Part shown: one piece after another, positions 62,007 through 64,000 of the stretch
How positions within the stretch are numbered: the stretch's first letter is position 1
How the letters are laid out: every line of letters starts with the position of its first letter
Assembly: GCA_951406725.2 (NCBI GenBank)
Contig: OX597839.1
Coordinates: forward strand, 35,774,001 to 35,838,000
Direction: 5' to 3'
Length of the DNA: 64,000 nucleotides
Source: Octopus vulgaris
Taxonomy: Eukaryota
The notes under the pieces: generated by a model
Database searches by the model: none
What the model saw: the letters and a program-made list of their open reading frames with translations, nothing else
Told to the model about the DNA's origin: nothing
Program-made: the position numbers and the translations under genes

Positions 62007-63411
62007 CATAAAGATTGCATGACATTACATAAAATATTTCAAGGGTTTTTTTAAAAACAACAACCAGAAAATTTAACAAAAACATAACAACAAGAAAATT
62101 TAACAAAAACATAACAACCAGAAAATTTGGCAAAAACAAAACCCATGAAAAATTTGTTGCTAATTCCTCATCAGTCAACATCCAAGAGATCTTAGTAATA
62201 TATATGTATACAACAGGCTTCTTTCGGTTTCCGTCTACCAAATCCACTCACAAGGCTTTGGTTGGCCTGAGGCTATAGAGGAAGACACTTGCCCAAGGTG
62301 CCACGCAGCAGGACTGAACTTGGAACCATGTGGTTGGGAAGCAAACATTTTACCACACAGCCACGTCTGCACCTGTATTAATTTCAAAAAGCATTTAAAT
62401 GTAATTTCACGATAAACTGCTTGTTCACTGCGATGGCAACAATAATAATAACCACATCAACAACAACCAACAATAATAATAATCCTCTCTCCTGTAGGCA
62501 GAAGGCCTGAAATTTTCGGGGAGTGGGGTAAGTCAATTACATTGATCTCAGTGTTTGACTGGTATTTAATTTATCAACCCCAAAAATACATATATGCATA
62601 CATTTTTGTAGGCGCGGGCATGGCTGTGTAGTTAGGGAGCTTGCTTCCTAGCTACATGGTTTCGGGTTCAGTCCCACTGCATGGCACTTTGGGTAGGTGT
62701 CTTCCACTATAGCCCTGAGCCGATCGGAGCTTTGTGATTGAATTCGGTAGGTGGAAGTTACTGCCGTGTGCGTATAGCTGCTCAGTGCCTCTCCGAAAGA
62801 GAGAGAGAGAGAGGGAAAAGGATGAAATGCAAAGTTGACCTCAATGAAATTTGAACTCAGAGCCTAAAGACAGACAAGATGCTGCTAAACATTTTGCCCG
62901 GCATGGTAACGATTCTGCCAACTCGTTGCCTTAACAACAATAATAATAATAATGATGTTTGTTTTAATGTCTGTGATCACCTGGATTAGCTGGATTCTGT
63001 TGAGGCAGAATTTCTATGGCTGGATGCTCTTCCTGTTGCTAACTCTCACTTATTTCCAAACAAGATGACATTTCCCGATGGCCCAGACATGTTTTCCATG
63101 GCAGATGGGGGACAACACTCATTTACTACGATCACACAACGTGAAGACAAGAGAAGAGACACACACACACACACATGCCCTCTGTATGTATGCATGAGAA
63201 ACACTGCAGTCCTGATGATTTAGATTAAGATATTAATTTCTGGTTTTAATTAGATTTTATCCAGAATGTCATTGTTGTTTTAAATACTTGCATTGATTTA
63301 CATTTCTTTTTTTTTCTTTGTAATTGCAACCATTAAATGTTTCTGAACATTTTACACAGGGTTGAAGTTGTGGAGGTTGTACAAGCTGATGGCACCGTGG
63401 TAAAATATCCA
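47885..63411 (+). CDS. FARSB: Phenylalanine-tRNA ligase beta subunit, first 11 coding exons (300 codons); gene continues past the window
   Basis: [42 protein letters not shown]...[18 protein letters not shown]...[32 protein letters not shown]...[29 protein letters not shown]...; all GT-AG and phase-consistent. Confidence 0.97.
49930..49985 (+). CDS. FARSB: FARSB exon 2 ([18 protein letters not shown])
   Basis: ttccag / gtgagt. Confidence 0.95.
51478..51578 (+). CDS. FARSB: FARSB exon 3 ([12 protein letters not shown]...YKIDIPANR)
   Basis: aatag / gtaggt. Confidence 0.94.
51721..51771 (+). ncRNA. Degenerate type-I hammerhead ribozyme motif
   Basis: tttgtca-GTGAACA (CTGANGA expected)-ggtcgc...gcgac-GAAA-atat-TT-tgacaaa; 7-bp stem I, 5-bp stem II. 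Confidence 0.45.
52843..53070 (+). mobile_element. tRNA-derived SINE family B, representative copy. Others approx.: 1442-1658+, 5746-5905+, 12920-13140-, 18040-18430-, 19936-20165-, 20838-21074-, 40620-40852-, 40966-41160+, 41899-42115+, 43323-43520+
   Basis: TGGCAGAA..GTTAG head, GAGTTCAAATTC B box, GCCTTTCATCCTTTC...GATAAA..AAGTACC central block (resembles the Meta/MESC domain, from memory). Confidence 0.85.
53222..53278 (+). CDS. FARSB: FARSB exon 4 ([19 protein letters not shown])
   Basis: caacag / gtaagt. Confidence 0.95.
53899..53965 (+). CDS. FARSB: FARSB exon 5 ([22 protein letters not shown])
   Basis: tttcag / gtgagt. Confidence 0.92.
54038..54258. mobile_element. piggyBac-type MITE family 2 (other copies at 56908-57126, 60127-60346, about 23458-23640 and 52500-52840)
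   Basis: TTAA|CCCTTTAG...CTAAAGGG|TTAA. Confidence 0.8.
55251..55310 (+). CDS. FARSB: FARSB exon 6 ([20 protein letters not shown])
   Basis: accag / gttcaa. Confidence 0.92.
56378..56433 (+). CDS. FARSB: FARSB exon 7 ([19 protein letters not shown])
   Basis: actcag / gtaaac. Confidence 0.95.
57287..57437 (+). CDS. FARSB: FARSB exon 8 ([19 protein letters not shown]...LMEFYA)
   Basis: tttcag / gtaagt. Confidence 0.96.
59472..59580 (+). CDS. FARSB: FARSB exon 9 ([36 protein letters not shown])
   Basis: tttcag / gtatgt. Confidence 0.96.
61432..61564 (+). CDS. FARSB: FARSB exon 10 ([44 protein letters not shown])
   Basis: tttcag / gtgagt. Confidence 0.96.
63360..63411 (+). CDS. FARSB: FARSB exon 11 ([17 protein letters not shown])
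   Basis: acacag / gtaagt. Confidence 0.93.
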
Positions 63412-63430
63412 GTAAGTATTATGATACATA

Positions 63431-63464
<34 letters not shown>

Positions 63465-64000
63465 TGCCTGACTGGCCCTCATGCTGGTGGCACGTAAAAG
63501 CACTCACTACATTTTCAGAGTGGTTGGCATTAGGAAGGGCATCCAGCTGTAGAAACTCTGCCAGGTCAGATTGGAGCCTGGTGCGGCCATCTGGTTTGCC
63601 AGTCCTCAGTCAAATCGTCCAACCCATGCTAGCATGGAAAGCAGACGTTAAATGAGTAGTAGTAGTAGGAGGAGGAGGATGGGTATCATTTGATTACCCT
63701 TTTTTTTTTTTTTTTTTTTTTTGCAAATATTCTATCATTTTTAACATTTCTCAAAATATCACCATCATCATTTAACATCCATCTTTTATACTGGAATGAG
63801 TAAGATAGTTCAGCAGGATCCAATGAACTGGAGGACTGCATTCACCTCCAATGTCTGCTATGGCATGCTGTCGATGACTGAAACACCCACAGAGTGTAAA
63901 CAGCTGCTTTTTCTTGTGGCACTGCACCAGTGTGGCCACCAAGTAATTTGCAAAACAAAAACAATTCCTTAACCGAGCAGACCATCCCAAAGATAACCTC

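Overview
AT-rich, intron-rich animal genomic DNA; the repeat landscape looks like an octopus or other coleoid cephalopod (inference). I assembled three conserved housekeeping genes by hand. INTS11/CPSF3L is complete on the minus strand (18 coding exons, 30449->4318, 597 aa). CPTP/GLTPD1 is complete on the plus strand (2 coding exons, 30943-35349, 206 aa), head-to-head with INTS11 across a 493-bp gap. FARSB is present as its first 11 coding exons (plus strand, 47885-63411) and runs off the window. Most listed ORFs are artefacts of three to four SINE families and microsatellites. Other mobile elements are two TTAA/piggyBac-type MITE families, a hAT MITE, two non-autonomous Helitrons and CR1, RTE and R4/Dong-like LINE ends. 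The most notable observations are: (1) three type-I hammerhead-ribozyme-like loci with palindromic stem III (Penelope-like), one near-intact and present on both strands of a perfect 60-bp palindrome; (2) an INTS11-CPTP divergent pair that I recall also exists in human; (3) unusual INTS11 splicing, with a 12-nt microexon, a GC-AG intron and a hairpin-bridged 3' splice site; (4) an unexplained GC-rich, highly structured 150-nt intronic element. Repeat boundaries are approximate. Comparisons to human proteins and genes are from memory and were not computed.
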